Sequence record: SRR22947727_1096
Strand: one strand, 5' to 3'
Length of the DNA: 46,806 nt
Part shown: in pieces, positions 1 to 9,958 of the stretch
Layout of the letters: each line of letters begins with the position of its first letter
How positions within the stretch are numbered: position 1 is the stretch's first letter
Translations under genes and position numbers: made by a program
Notes under the pieces: generated by a model
The model's input: the letters and a program-made list of their open reading frames with translations, nothing else
Databases searched by the model: none
Told to the model about the DNA's origin: nothing

Positions 1-2
1 CA

Positions 3-3000
3 GCGTTTACATCTAGCGCATCATTCACTGCAGATGAAAACCAAATAGCTATTGGCACCGTCACTGCCAATGATGCCGATGGGGATGCGCTGGTATTTTC
101 AATCACGGATGGCGGATGGGGCGATATCAAGGTAAATATCAATGCAAATTCAGGAGTTTTAACTTTTTCTGCTGCCCCTGACAGAGAAACAAACACTGCA
201 TTCTCAGAAACAGTAACCGTTACTGATGGAACAAATACAGCTACACAAAATATCTTAATTGAATTAAATGACATTAATGATAATGCGCCTAGTGTTTTCT
301 CCTTCCCCTCCAGTGGAATAATAAACACCATTGAGCATCACAGAAAAGAAATTGCTAAATTCACTGCATATGATGATGATTCTAGTAATACAGCTTTTGC
401 TTGGACCTTATCAGGACAAGATAGCGAGTCATTTGAATTGGAAAGTACAGACGATAATGTGGATGTCACAAGATATTATCAATTGAAATCTAAAGAAAAA
501 CTTGATTACGAAACAAAATCTGAATATTCCATAACTATCAATCTTTCAGATGGCACTAACACAAAACAATACCCAACAACTATTAAAGTTATCAATGCCC
601 CAGACCATATTGGTTCTGATCTTAGAGGAACAGACATAATGCAAATGTATGGAGCATTAACAAGAATTAGTGAAGATGGCAGTACCTTAGCAGTTGTAGA
701 GAGAGGAGATCGTGTAAACCAATCCAATTCAGATGAAATATTTATTTACAAATGGCAAAACAATGATTGGGCAAAAATTACATCATTTGACTGCGGCAAC
801 GAAAATTGTGGTAACAGCTATTATTCAGGAACAGAATTAAGCGATGATGGGAATATAATAGCATTCACTTCGGATGAAAATATTTATGTTTATGAATATA
901 AGGAGGCTACCAATGATGATGGAAGCACTTCAATGCAGTATATACAAAAAGGAGATACAATCATCTTTCCAAAAAGTGATAATGGTAATGGTTATCAATA
1001 CTCATATTCATCACTTGATCTTCATCCGACTGGAAACATGCTTGTTGGCCGCGCTAATAATACTAGTGCATTCTCATCACAAAAAGGATCAAATTTTACA
1101 ATCTATGATTTTAGTCAAGATAATGCCTGGGTCCAAAGAGGAAGTACCTTTATTGATAGTTCAAATAGCTGGAATAATTCTGGTAAGGTAAAAATCTCAC
1201 CTACTGGTAATATCATCGCTTGGGCCACTATAGATTATTCTGGAGATTCATCATGCGATAATACCAGGGGTAGAGTTGGAATTCTGACTTGGTCTGGTAG
1301 TGCTTGGTTAGAAACTGATAGTATCACTTCCTGTGATTTTGCTTATCAGCCTAGCTGGCATGACTCGGAAAATAATGTTTCAAATTACATAGGTAGAGAT
1401 TTACAATTTAATGCATCAGGAACACATTTAGCCGTTGCTTCTGAAAATTATGTTTACATTGAAACACCTAATAATAATAAGAAATATTCTAATAATGGTG
1501 TTTATCATATTCATCCTATATCTACTACTGGAACAATAAGTTATGACAGTTCGCCATTGCATATGCCTTATGGATATAATGGTAATGAAGCATGGCCTAG
1601 TTATGGTGGAGAGAGCTTAGCATTCCATAGAGGTGACGCTTTGGGGACGAATGATGAGATGACTATCGTTGCAGATAGTCACTTATGGGATGATGCTGTT
1701 CAAGATATTAGCTCTTATACATCCCCTTTTACTCTTTGGAGCAATGGTGGGACTTCATGGGATCCAAATATTTACCAAAGACGTGTTGACACATACCGCA
1801 TATATGGATACGAAGATGGCTCGTGGAGCCAATCTCAAACGATATGGGGCGATAGATTTGATGATAATTCAAATAATTTCTATAGTGAAACTTCAGACAT
1901 TACCGCTGATGGGTCACGTGTTGTTGTTGGATTTGCAGGCAATGACAGAGACAGCAATAGTTATGGTTATGCTGAAGTTGTTGACATTGCAACATCCACA
2001 GCCACAACTGCAAAACCTGAACTAGTTACCGACAATAATGTTTCCATTGCTGAAAATGGTGGAACTTTGACCTTGACAGTAACCGATACTGATTCAACTA
2101 CTCTTAAATATTATATTTTTGGAAGAAACTCTAATTACTTTAAAGTTAACAATGAAGTAAACAATGGTTCCAGCTCAAGCACTTTGCAGTTCATCAATGA
2201 TCAAGATTATGAAACATTCGTTTACCCAAATGATGATGAGCGTTTAAAAATTACCGTTGCCGTAACAGATGGTGTTAATTGGGATTCAAAAGCTTTTAAA
2301 ATTGGTCTACTGAATGCTAATGATGCTCCAATCTTCACATCAGCATCAAGTGTTCAAGTTGATGAAAATCAGAATAGTGTTATTCAGCTGGCAGCGACTG
2401 ATCAAGACAACGATACTTTAAGCTATAGCATCTCAGGCGGTGCAGATCAGGAAGAGTTCACCGTGAACTCTGGTTCAGGTATTGTCACCTTCAAGGCATT
2501 TAAAACTCCTGATTTTGAGACAAAGGAAAGTTATAGTTTGATTGTTTCAGCATCAGACGGCACCTCAATCACTTCACAAAATTTGACCATCAATATAAAT
2601 AATTTAAATGATAATGCCCCAATTATCTCTCAGACATCAACAATAACGGGGACTGAATTCTCAAACGACACCATTGGGACTATTTCAGTTAGTGATGCAG
2701 ATGGTACGACTGATGATTGCATCGCTTCTGGTAAATCTTCAGGCTGTCTAACTGGCAGCATAACTGATGGTGGAAGCGTCTTTACAGTATCAGGTTTCAA
2801 TGGCGGAGCTTATCGTCTTTATTTTAAAAGTTATCCAGATTATGAAGTGCAGAATTCCTATGATGTTACCTTCACAGTTTCTGATGGTACATATACAGAT
2901 TCACAAAATTACAAAGTAACAATTACAGATATTAATGAACCACCATTATTTAATTCTAATCAATGTTGTGAATGGACAGTAGCTGAGAACCAAAAAGCTA

Positions 3001-5741
3001 TTGGTACAATTGGTGCAACAGATCCAGAAGGCCATAATCCGGTCTATTCAATTTCCGGAACAAGCAATATTGAAGTAAATAGTAGCACTGGTGTTCTAAC
3101 TTTTATCTCAGCTCCTGACTATGAAACTAAGACTAGTTATTCAGCTTCAGTTACTGTAACTGATGATGGTCCTAGCAGCAGTCTAAATCCAAATACAGCT
3201 AACATTACCATCAATGTAAGTAACATTAATGATAACTCTCCAGCCTTTACTTCTTCAGCTGCCTTTACTGCTGCTGAAAACCAAACTGCCGTCGGAACTG
3301 TTGCTGCAGCCGATGCTGATGGAGATAGCGTCGCTTTCTCTATTTCTGGAACAGACTCAGGATTAGTAAGCATTAACTCATCATCAGGCTTGCTTACATT
3401 TAATTCAGCTCCTAACTATGAATCTAAAGCCTCATATTCAATAGTTGTGACCGCTAGTGATGGTGTTAACTCAACAACTCAAGATGTAACTATAACTATT
3501 ACCAATGTTAATGAAGCTCCTACATTTACATCATCAGCAAGTTTTAGTGCTGAAGAGAATCAGACAACCATTGGTGCAGTAAGTGTTTCTGATCCTGAGA
3601 GTTCAACTTTCAGTTATTCTTTAAGTGGAACAGATGCTAGCTCTCTGGTGATATCAAGTTCTGGAGTATTAAGCTTTAATTCGGCTCCTAACTATGAGTC
3701 TAAGAATTCATACTCTGCAAAAATTACTGTAAGTGATGGCGCTAACTCAACAACTCAAGATGTAACTATAAGTGTAACTGATGTTAATGACGCTCCGGTA
3801 GCAACTGCTGCCAGTTACTATCTAAACCTTAAACCCCAGTCACAAACATCAGGATCTCTAACTTTAGCAGGAACAGATGATGATGGAGATACTCTAACTT
3901 ACTCTATTGTAAGCAATGGCAGTTATGGAACAGCATCACTGAGTGGAACAACAATAACTTATCAAACCGATGCTAGTACTCAATCTGCACAAACTGAAAG
4001 CTTCACATTCAAGGTAAACGATGGAACTGTTGACTCATCAGCTGCTACTATCTCTATAAGTTTAAAAACGGATCCTTTATATCAATATCAATGGCATCTT
4101 AATAACACCGGTCAAACTAACTTTGCAACCAATGCTGGGACTTCTGGTGTTGATTTAAATGTTGATACTGTAATTGCTTCAGGAATTGATGGTGATGGAA
4201 TAACAGTTGCAATTGTTGACTCTGGCTTAGAGCTAACGCATGAAGACTTAGCAGATAACATTGTGGTCAATAAGTCTTATGACTATAACAATGATGATAA
4301 CAACCCTGAACCAACTGGTAATGATGGTGATCATGGTACAAGTGTTGCCGGTATTGTTGCTGCAGTTGGATGGAATAATAAAGGTGTCAGAGGTGTTGCG
4401 CCAAATGCTTCATTGGTTGCTAATAATTTAATAGCTGCTAGTTTAAATTATACTGGTTATAGTGATGCCCTTGGTGGAGCTGTGTCTGGATACTTTGATC
4501 CAACTGATGTTGATATATTTAATATGAGTTTTGGTATTGGTCTTAATTCTTCATTTCCGACACCTATTTCAACAACATATGAGAATGGCCTTCTTAACGG
4601 AGTTACAAACTTAAGATCAGGAAAAGGTGCAATTTATGTAAATGCTTCAGGAAATGATTGGTATGAAGCAACAGGATCAGTTAAATATTGTGGTCCAAAC
4701 TATGGAGCAAGTGCATATTCTGATTTATTTCCATGCTGGGATTCAAGTTTTGATAAAGTTTTTGCAACCCCATATATTATTGGTGTTGCCTCCCTTAATG
4801 CAGATGAAACAAGATCAAAATATTCAACTCCAGGATCAAGTGTGTGGGTCTCAGGATTTGGAGGAGATAATGGAAATAACTCATCCCATACAGGAGGCAC
4901 GTATTATGGTGGTGAGGCAAAACCAGCAATAATGACTGTTGATGAATCTTCATGCTCAAAGGGTTATGTAAAGTCTGGAGTTAATGCTGGTAGTGGCTAT
5001 AATAAAAATATATTTAATAATGGCGATCATTCAGAAAATGCCAGCTGTAATTATCATTCTGCCTTTAATGGCACATCGTCTGCGGCACCAACAGTATCAG
5101 GTGTAATAGCTCTAATGTTAGAGGCTAATCCATCTTTAACTTGGAGAGATGTTAAACATATCTTAGCAACAACATCTACACAGATTGATGCTTCTAATTC
5201 AAAAACTTACCTTACTGTAAATCAGTATTCATGGATAACTAATGCAGCTAATTATAAACACCACAATTGGTATGGTTTTGGAAAGGTAGATGCAGCAGCA
5301 GCAGTATCTAGTGCTCAGAGTTATACTGCCGGAAGCTTAGGCACAGCGGTAAATACGGGACGTGTTGAAAGCGGTACTTTGAACACAACTTTTAATAGTT
5401 ATACCAGAACAACTATGAATGGTGATAGTGATCTAGTCGTAGCTGCTCCTGCAGGATCATCAGGTATCGTAGAATTTGTTAGAATTGGTATTTCTATGAC
5501 TCATGCATCACCAAATCATGTAGGTATTGAGTTACTGTCACCTGATGGCACAACCGTTCCCATACTCCCAGCATTTACAAGGGTTACTACAAACCCTAGT
5601 GGTTCTTTTTTTGAAATAGGTGTAAATTCATTATATGGAGAAAATATGGCTGGAACATGGACATTGATTGTAACTGATTACACTGATGACTCGGTGGGAG
5701 GTACTTTAAATGGCTGGGATATTAAGGTTTATGGAAGATAA
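3..5741 (+). CDS. Giant cadherin-repeat / beta-propeller protein with C-terminal kexin-like (ASP-type) S8 serine protease and P-domain; 5'-truncated by the window edge
   Basis: The frame of ORF 438..5741 is open back to base 3 (AFTSSASFTADENQIAIGTVTANDADGD...), so the TTG at 438 is not the true start. About 8 cadherin repeats (AENQ..G.V.A.D.DGD, PDYE.K..Y, DxNDNxP), a Trp/Gly-rich propeller-like block at ~600-2000 and an Ig-like domain. S8 triad: IVDSG (Asp 4218), DHGTSVAG (His 4332), NGTSSAAP (Ser 5076), plus oxyanion ASGND. P-domain ends ..GTWTL.VTD..GTLNGWDIKVYGR. Confidence 0.92.
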   Translation, partial: AFTSSASFTADENQIAIGTVTANDADGDALVFSITDGGWGDIKVNINANSGVLTFSAAPDRETNTAFSETVTVTDGTNTATQNILIELNDINDNAPSVFSFPSSGIINTIEHHRKEIAKFTAYDDDSSNTAFAWTLSGQDSESFELESTDDNVDVTRYYQLKSKEKLDYETKSEYSITINLSDGTNTKQYPTTIKVINAPDHIGSDLRGTDIMQMYGALTRISEDGSTLAVVERGDRVNQSNSDEIFIYKWQNNDWAKITSFDCGNENCGNSYYSGTELSDDGNIIAFTSDENIYVYEYKEATNDDGSTSMQYIQKGDTIIFPKSDNGNGYQYSYSSLDLHPTGNMLVGRANNTSAFSSQKGSNFTIYDFSQDNAWVQRGSTFIDSSNSWNNSGKVKISPTGNIIAWATIDYSGDSSCDNTRGRVGILTWSGSAWLETDSITSCDFAYQPSWHDSENNVSNYIGRDLQFNASGTHLAVASENYVYIETPNNNKKYSNNGVYHIHPISTTGTISYDSSPLHMPYGYNGNEAWPSYGGESLAFHRGDALGTNDEMTIVADSHLWDDAVQDISSYTSPFTLWSNGGTSWDPNIYQRRVDTYRIYGYEDGSWSQSQTIWGDRFDDNSNNFYSETSDITADGSRVVVGFAGNDRDSNSYGYAEVVDIATSTATTAKPELVTDNNVSIAENGGTLTLTVTDTDSTTLKYYIFGRNSNYFKVNNEVNNGSSSSTLQFINDQDYETFVYPNDDERLKITVAVTDGVNWDSKAFKIGLLNANDAPIFTSASSVQVDENQNSVIQLAATDQDNDTLSYSISGGADQEEFTVNSGSGIVTFKAFKTPDFETKESYSLIVSASDGTSITSQNLTININNLNDNAPIISQTSTITGTEFSNDTIGTISVSDADGTTDDCIASGKSSGCLTGSITDGGSVFTVSGFNGGAYRLYFKSYPDYEVQNSYDVTFTVSDGTYTDSQNYKVTITDINEPPLFNSNQCCEWTVAENQKAIGTIGATDPEGHNPVYSISGTSNIEVNSSTGVLTFISAPDYETKTSYSASVTVTDDGPSSSLNPNTANITINVSNINDNSPAFTSSAAFTAAENQTAVGTVAAADADGDSVAFSISGTDSGLVSINSSSGLLTFNSAPNYESKASYSIVVTASDGVNSTTQDVTITITNVNEAPTFTSSASFSAEENQTTIGAVSVSDPESSTFSYSLSGTDASSLVISSSGVLSFNSAPNYESKNSYSAKITVSDGANSTTQDVTISVTDVNDAPVATAASYYLNLKPQSQTSGSLTLAGTDDDGDTLTYSIVSNGSYGTASLSGTTITYQTDASTQSAQTESFTFKVNDGTVDSSAATISISLKTDPLYQYQWHLNNTGQTNFATNAGTSGVDLNVDTVIASGIDGDGITVAIVDSGLELTHEDLADNIVVNKSYDYNNDDNNPEPTGNDGDHGTSVAGIVAAVGWNNKGVRGVAPNASLVANNLIAASLNYTGYSDALGGAVSGYFDPTDVDIFNMSFGIGLNSSFPTPISTTYENGLLNGVTNLRSGKGAIYVNASGNDWYEATGSVKYCGPNYGASAYSDLFPCWDSSFDKVFATPYIIGVASLNADETRSKYSTPGSSVWVSGFGGDNGNNSSHTGGTYYGGEAKPAIMTVDESSCSKGYVKSGVNAGSGYNKNIFNNGDHSENASCNYHSAFNGTSSAAPTVSGVIALMLEANPSLTWRDVKHILATTSTQIDASNSKTYLTVNQYSWITNAANYKHHNWYGFGKVDAAAAVSSAQSYTAGSLGTAVNTGRVESGTLNTTFNSYTRTTMNGDSDLVVAAPAGSSGIVEFVRIGISMTHASPNHVGIELLSPDGTTVPILPAFTRVTTNPSGSFFEIGVNSLYGENMAGTWTLIVTDYTDDSVGGTLNGWDIKVYGR
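3399..3771 (+). repeat. Intragenic tandem duplication of cadherin modules (276-bp period)
   Basis: taactcaacaactcaagatgtaactataa is identical at 3467-3495 and 3743-3771. tttaattcagctcctaactatgaatctaa (3399-3427) and tttaattcggctcctaactatgagtctaa (3675-3703) share the same 276-bp offset. Confidence 0.85.
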
Positions 5742-5742
5742 T

Positions 5743-6306
5743 ATGAAAATTATTAGCTTTATTTTTATTACAACAGTAATTTTCTTTTCACCTGAAGTTT
5801 TAACTGAGGATGAGCTTAAGAATGAGTTTGCAACCAGTTCCAATAAAAGCAATTTAATCTTAGAAAGAAAAAATGAAATTACAATACTTCAAGATTCAGT
5901 AGTTATTATGAGTAAAGCTACCTTACTTAATGATATTCCAGATGTCACAAGAGTTGGAAGTTTTATTTTTGAAGAAACTCCAAATAAACTCATAAATATG
6001 CTTAACAATAAAACCCAATCTATTGATAATGCTAGTTATGAAACTGGTTTTCGTTTGGTGGAAGTACTCGGCAAGAACAATCTGATAACTGACGGTTCAT
6101 TTGTAGTGTATTTTAAAGACCCTTCTGATAAACAACAATTTAACAGTGATTATCAACTTCAACCAAAATATGAAATGCCAAATGCCAACACATATAAAAC
6201 TAATGACTTTAAAACATTGCCGGCTTTAATGGATACTTTAAAGAATGATCAAAGAGTACAATTGGTAGAGCTAGACTTAATTGATCCTTATATAGTTCTT
6301 CAATAA
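5743..6306 (+). CDS. Secreted protein, probable external chaperone/inhibitor of the upstream protease (ASP ORF2 / propeptide-like fold)
   Basis: ATG 1 nt after the protease stop. Signal peptide MKIISFIFITTVIFF. C-terminal half (DGSFVVYF...LKNDQRVQLVELDLIDP) resembles subtilase propeptide / I9-like domains. Confidence 0.6.
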   Translation: MKIISFIFITTVIFFSPEVLTEDELKNEFATSSNKSNLILERKNEITILQDSVVIMSKATLLNDIPDVTRVGSFIFEETPNKLINMLNNKTQSIDNASYETGFRLVEVLGKNNLITDGSFVVYFKDPSDKQQFNSDYQLQPKYEMPNANTYKTNDFKTLPALMDTLKNDQRVQLVELDLIDPYIVLQ

Positions 6307-6307
6307 A

Positions 6308-6808
6308 TTAATCAAACTCAAAGCCTGGCGTATCTCTCTTAAAGTCAGCTATTTGATCTAGCATCTCTAAAGCTCTTCTAAATCCTTCATTATCATCCTC
6401 GTCACTTTCAGCAATTGCTGGAAGGTTTCTAGAGCAAGCAATAATAGTTTGAGTGAGGTTATATAAGCCTCTAGGATTCATAGATGTATCTTTATGCAAG
6501 CAATCTATAGCTTTGTCTAAAATAAGAGAGAGGCCACTTGTAGCTTTGTTTTGAATAAACTGGATATCATTCACAATATCATACTTTTTAGCCTTTTTTA
6601 TCTCTTCACTTAGCTCAGCTCTAAATGCTATACGTTGATCCTTCCATGACTCTTTAGACGAACGCCTATAGATAGTTGACGGCGATAGTTTAAACTCTTT
6701 AATCAAGTTATCTAAGGACTTAAAGCTCCTTCTGCCGTCTTTATGAATACTGCCATAGATATATTCGTGCTTTAGGTCTTCAATAGCTTGACTATTCTTC
6801 AGTGACAT
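6308..6808 (-). CDS. Phage-type HTH protein resembling a terminase small subunit
   Basis: N-terminal LKHEYIYG...SLDNLIKEFKLSPSTIYRRSSKESWKDQR matches the HTH pattern of phage TerS proteins. Followed by a helical region and an acidic tail (FRRALEMLDQIA). Confidence 0.55.
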   Translation of the reverse strand: MSLKNSQAIEDLKHEYIYGSIHKDGRRSFKSLDNLIKEFKLSPSTIYRRSSKESWKDQRIAFRAELSEEIKKAKKYDIVNDIQFIQNKATSGLSLILDKAIDCLHKDTSMNPRGLYNLTQTIIACSRNLPAIAESDEDDNEGFRRALEMLDQIADFKRDTPGFEFD

Positions 6809-7017
6809 ACTCTAATCTCTTGAAATAGGGCGCTAGCTGGTTCCAGTTTTGAACCAGTAGCTCCACCATTTCTGTTTCATTAAGTTTGCCTTTAAAAGAT
6901 ATACCTTAATTTTTTAATATCTCTCTAAATATCTTCCATAGATAGTTTTGTTCTGTTTGGAGAGTCCATATAGGAAATTTAAATATGTATATTATTTATA
7001 TTTTATTTGCATATATT

Positions 7018-7032
7018 TGATATAGTACAAAT
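7018..7032 (+). promoter_or_regulatory. Extended -10 promoter of ald, probably leaderless
   Basis: TG-a-TATAGT ends 6 nt before ATG 7033; no Shine-Dalgarno. Confidence 0.55.
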
Positions 7033-8121
7033 ATGAAAATAGGTGTTCCAAAAGAAATCAAGAATAATGAATTTCGTGTTTCATTAACACCAGATTCAGT
7101 AAAATCCTTAACAGAAAACTCACATGATGTTTATGTTCAAAGCGGAGCAGGTTCATCTATTGGTTTTGATGACAATCAATATATTGAAGCCGGAGCTTTT
7201 GTCGTAGATTCTGCCGAAGAGGTTTATAAATTAGCGAGTTTGATTGTAAAGGTAAAAGAGCCTATGCCATCAGAGCTAATTCATCTTAATAAAAACCATA
7301 CTCTTTTTACATATCTCCACTTGGCAGGAGACCCAAAACAAGCTGCAAAACTAATTGCAACTGGTGTTACAGGCATTGCCTATGAAACGGTTACATCAGA
7401 TGACGGAGCACTACCTTTACTAGCACCAATGAGTGCTATTGCTGGTCAGTTAAGTATTGTTGTTGGTTCATATCATCTTCTCAAACCAAACGGTGGTGTT
7501 GGAACTTTAATAGGAGCCTTTAAAGATGTTGAACCAAGAATAGTTACTGTTATTGGTGCTGGAGTTGCTGGTACAGAAGCATTAGATCAAGCAATAGCAA
7601 GCAAGGCATTTGTTAGAATAATTGACCTTTCTGAAAAAAGATTATCTGAACTTCAAGCTATTTATGGGGATCATAATATTGAATATATAACCTCATCAGA
7701 ATCTACTATTTCTGAGGCACTTAAAGATTCAGATTTAGTTATTGGATCTGTATATGTTGTTGGGAAGCAGGCTCCTAAAATTATTAAAACTGAAATGCTT
7801 AAAAGCATGAAAAAAGGAGCTGTACTTGTTGATATATCCATTGATCAAGGAGGTTGTTTTGAGTCTAGCAAACCAACTACCCATGACAACCCAACATATA
7901 GTATTGATGGTGTAATACATTACTGTGTTACAAATATGCCAGGAGCTGTTCCATTAACAGCTACTGAAGCGCTTAATAAATGCACTCTCAAATATGTACA
8001 CGAGCTTGCGGATAAAGGAGTTGATTCTGCACTTCAGGACAACAAACATCTTGCAAATGGTTTGAATATGAAGGGTGGTAATATTGTTCATCCAGCTGTA
8101 AAAGAAGCTCTTTTAAGTTAA
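7033..8121 (+). CDS. ald: Alanine dehydrogenase
   Basis: MKIGVPKEIKNNEFRV, VKVKEP, FTYLHLA, LPLLAPMS, DISIDQGGCFE, HYCVTNMPGAVP. Confidence 0.97.
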   Translation: MKIGVPKEIKNNEFRVSLTPDSVKSLTENSHDVYVQSGAGSSIGFDDNQYIEAGAFVVDSAEEVYKLASLIVKVKEPMPSELIHLNKNHTLFTYLHLAGDPKQAAKLIATGVTGIAYETVTSDDGALPLLAPMSAIAGQLSIVVGSYHLLKPNGGVGTLIGAFKDVEPRIVTVIGAGVAGTEALDQAIASKAFVRIIDLSEKRLSELQAIYGDHNIEYITSSESTISEALKDSDLVIGSVYVVGKQAPKIIKTEMLKSMKKGAVLVDISIDQGGCFESSKPTTHDNPTYSIDGVIHYCVTNMPGAVPLTATEALNKCTLKYVHELADKGVDSALQDNKHLANGLNMKGGNIVHPAVKEALLS

Positions 8122-8146
8122 ATATAAAAGTCGTTAAAACTACAAC

Positions 8147-8929
8147 ATGAAAATTCCTATCTATTACATTGATGCATTCACAGATAAGTTATTTTCTGGT
8201 AACCCAGCTGCTGTAATATTTTCAGATATAAATGATAACGACTTAATGCAGAAAATTGCACAAGAAAATAATCTATCTGAAACAGCATTTATAAAAGAAG
8301 ATTCAGGAAAATTTTTCATTAGATGGTTTGCACCATCATGTGAAATTGATTTATGTGGACATGCCACCCTAGCTTCTGCCTTTGTATATTTTAACTTTAT
8401 TAATCAATCAGCTAATGAATTCATAGTTCACTCAAAAGTTAATGGTCCTCTTTCTGTAAGTTTAAGCAAAGATCTTTTGTTACTAGACTTTCCTAAAGAT
8501 ACCCTTAGTCCAAACTCTATGCATCAAGAGATTTATGAAGTTTTAGGAATAGCCCCAATTGAGCTATATGAGGGTAGGGACGATATACTAGCCATTCTTG
8601 ATAATGAAGCTTTAGTTAAAAGTTTAAAACCAGACTTTTCCTTATTAAAAAATATAAACAAAAGAGGGCTTATTATTTCTGCTGAAGGAAGTGATTGTGA
8701 TTTTGTTTCAAGGTGTTTTTTCCCATCAACTGGGGTTGATGAAGATCCTGTGACAGGTTCTGCTCATACAACACTAACTCCATACTGGTCTAATAAGCTC
8801 GGTAAAAAGAAACTTCATGCAAAGCAATTATCTAAAAGAGGAGGTGCTCTTTATTGCGAAGAAAAAAACAGCAGGGTTATTATTGGTGGCAAAGCAGTTA
8901 AATATATGCAGGGTAATATATACCTTTAA
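8147..8929 (+). CDS. PhzF family epimerase/isomerase
   Basis: IDAFT..FSGNPAAV, NLSETAF, EIDLCGHATLA, EDPVTGSAH. Confidence 0.95.
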   Translation: MKIPIYYIDAFTDKLFSGNPAAVIFSDINDNDLMQKIAQENNLSETAFIKEDSGKFFIRWFAPSCEIDLCGHATLASAFVYFNFINQSANEFIVHSKVNGPLSVSLSKDLLLLDFPKDTLSPNSMHQEIYEVLGIAPIELYEGRDDILAILDNEALVKSLKPDFSLLKNINKRGLIISAEGSDCDFVSRCFFPSTGVDEDPVTGSAHTTLTPYWSNKLGKKKLHAKQLSKRGGALYCEEKNSRVIIGGKAVKYMQGNIYL

Positions 8930-8932
8930 ATT

Positions 8933-9946
8933 TTATATTTTAATTATTTGCTTCCCAAAGTTTTTGCCTGTTAGAACATCTCTAAGTCCCTGAGGTGCAT
9001 TCTCAAAACCCTCAGTTATAGTTTCTCTGTACTTCAACTTACCATCGGCAACCAAGGTTGATAATTCAGCAGTCACATCTGCCCATTCATCAAACCATTC
9101 AGTATTTACAAAAAATCTATGTTTTGGGACTGGGTTTAGTTTAGCCATCTCATGAAATGGTGTTTCTGCTTTCATGATATCTGTTGAATTATACTGAGAT
9201 ATGTATCCACAAATAGGCACTCTTGCACCATGATTAAGAAGAGGCGCTATCGCCTTAGTTACATCTCCACCAACATTTTCAAAATATATATCAACACCAT
9301 CAGAGCATGCATTTTGAAGGTCTGCTACAAAGCTACTAGACTTGTAGTCCACGCAGGCATCAAATCCCAATACCTCTGTTACGTAGTTACATTTAACATC
9401 ACCGCCGGCAATACCAATAACCTTGAGGCCGTATTCCTTTCCTAGTTGACCAACAACTGTTCCAACAGCCCCAGAAGCTGCTGACACAACTAAAGTTTCA
9501 CCTTTTTTTGGCTTTCCAACATAATTCAATCCAAAATAAGCTGTTCTACCTGGCATTCCAACAGTTCCAAGATAAGATTGAAGGGGTATATTATTGTTCT
9601 CGACCTTAAACAAAGATGGGTCTTTATCACTTACTCTAACGAAAGTTTGCCAGCCTTGATGAGCACAAACTCTATCACCCACATGATATTTTGAAGAATT
9701 GCTTTCGACCACAGTTCCAACTGTTTCACCTGTCATAGGCTCTCCAAGTTTTGCAGGATCTGCATATGACTTAGAGTCATTCATTCTTCCTCTCATATAA
9801 GGGTCAATAGATAAAAAATCTACTTTTATTAAAATCTCATTCCTACCTATGCTCGTAATTGATTCATTATTAAGTTTCCAACAATCATCAGCTGGCATTC
9901 CGTTAGGTCTTTTATCTAAAAGCCATTGTTTATTTTTATAATTCAT
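8933..9946 (-). CDS. NADP-dependent oxidoreductase (prostaglandin reductase / CurA-YncB family)
   Basis: LSIDPYMRGRM, GMPGRTAYFGL, VVSAASGAVG, DIYFENVGG, GKNFGKQ. Confidence 0.95.
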   Translation of the reverse strand: MNYKNKQWLLDKRPNGMPADDCWKLNNESITSIGRNEILIKVDFLSIDPYMRGRMNDSKSYADPAKLGEPMTGETVGTVVESNSSKYHVGDRVCAHQGWQTFVRVSDKDPSLFKVENNNIPLQSYLGTVGMPGRTAYFGLNYVGKPKKGETLVVSAASGAVGTVVGQLGKEYGLKVIGIAGGDVKCNYVTEVLGFDACVDYKSSSFVADLQNACSDGVDIYFENVGGDVTKAIAPLLNHGARVPICGYISQYNSTDIMKAETPFHEMAKLNPVPKHRFFVNTEWFDEWADVTAELSTLVADGKLKYRETITEGFENAPQGLRDVLTGKNFGKQIIKI

Positions 9947-9958
9947 CTCGCTTCCTTT

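Noticed and set aside
438-440. ORF-track start of the giant protease
   Set aside because: Internal TTG; the frame continues without a stop to base 3 and encodes further cadherin repeats.
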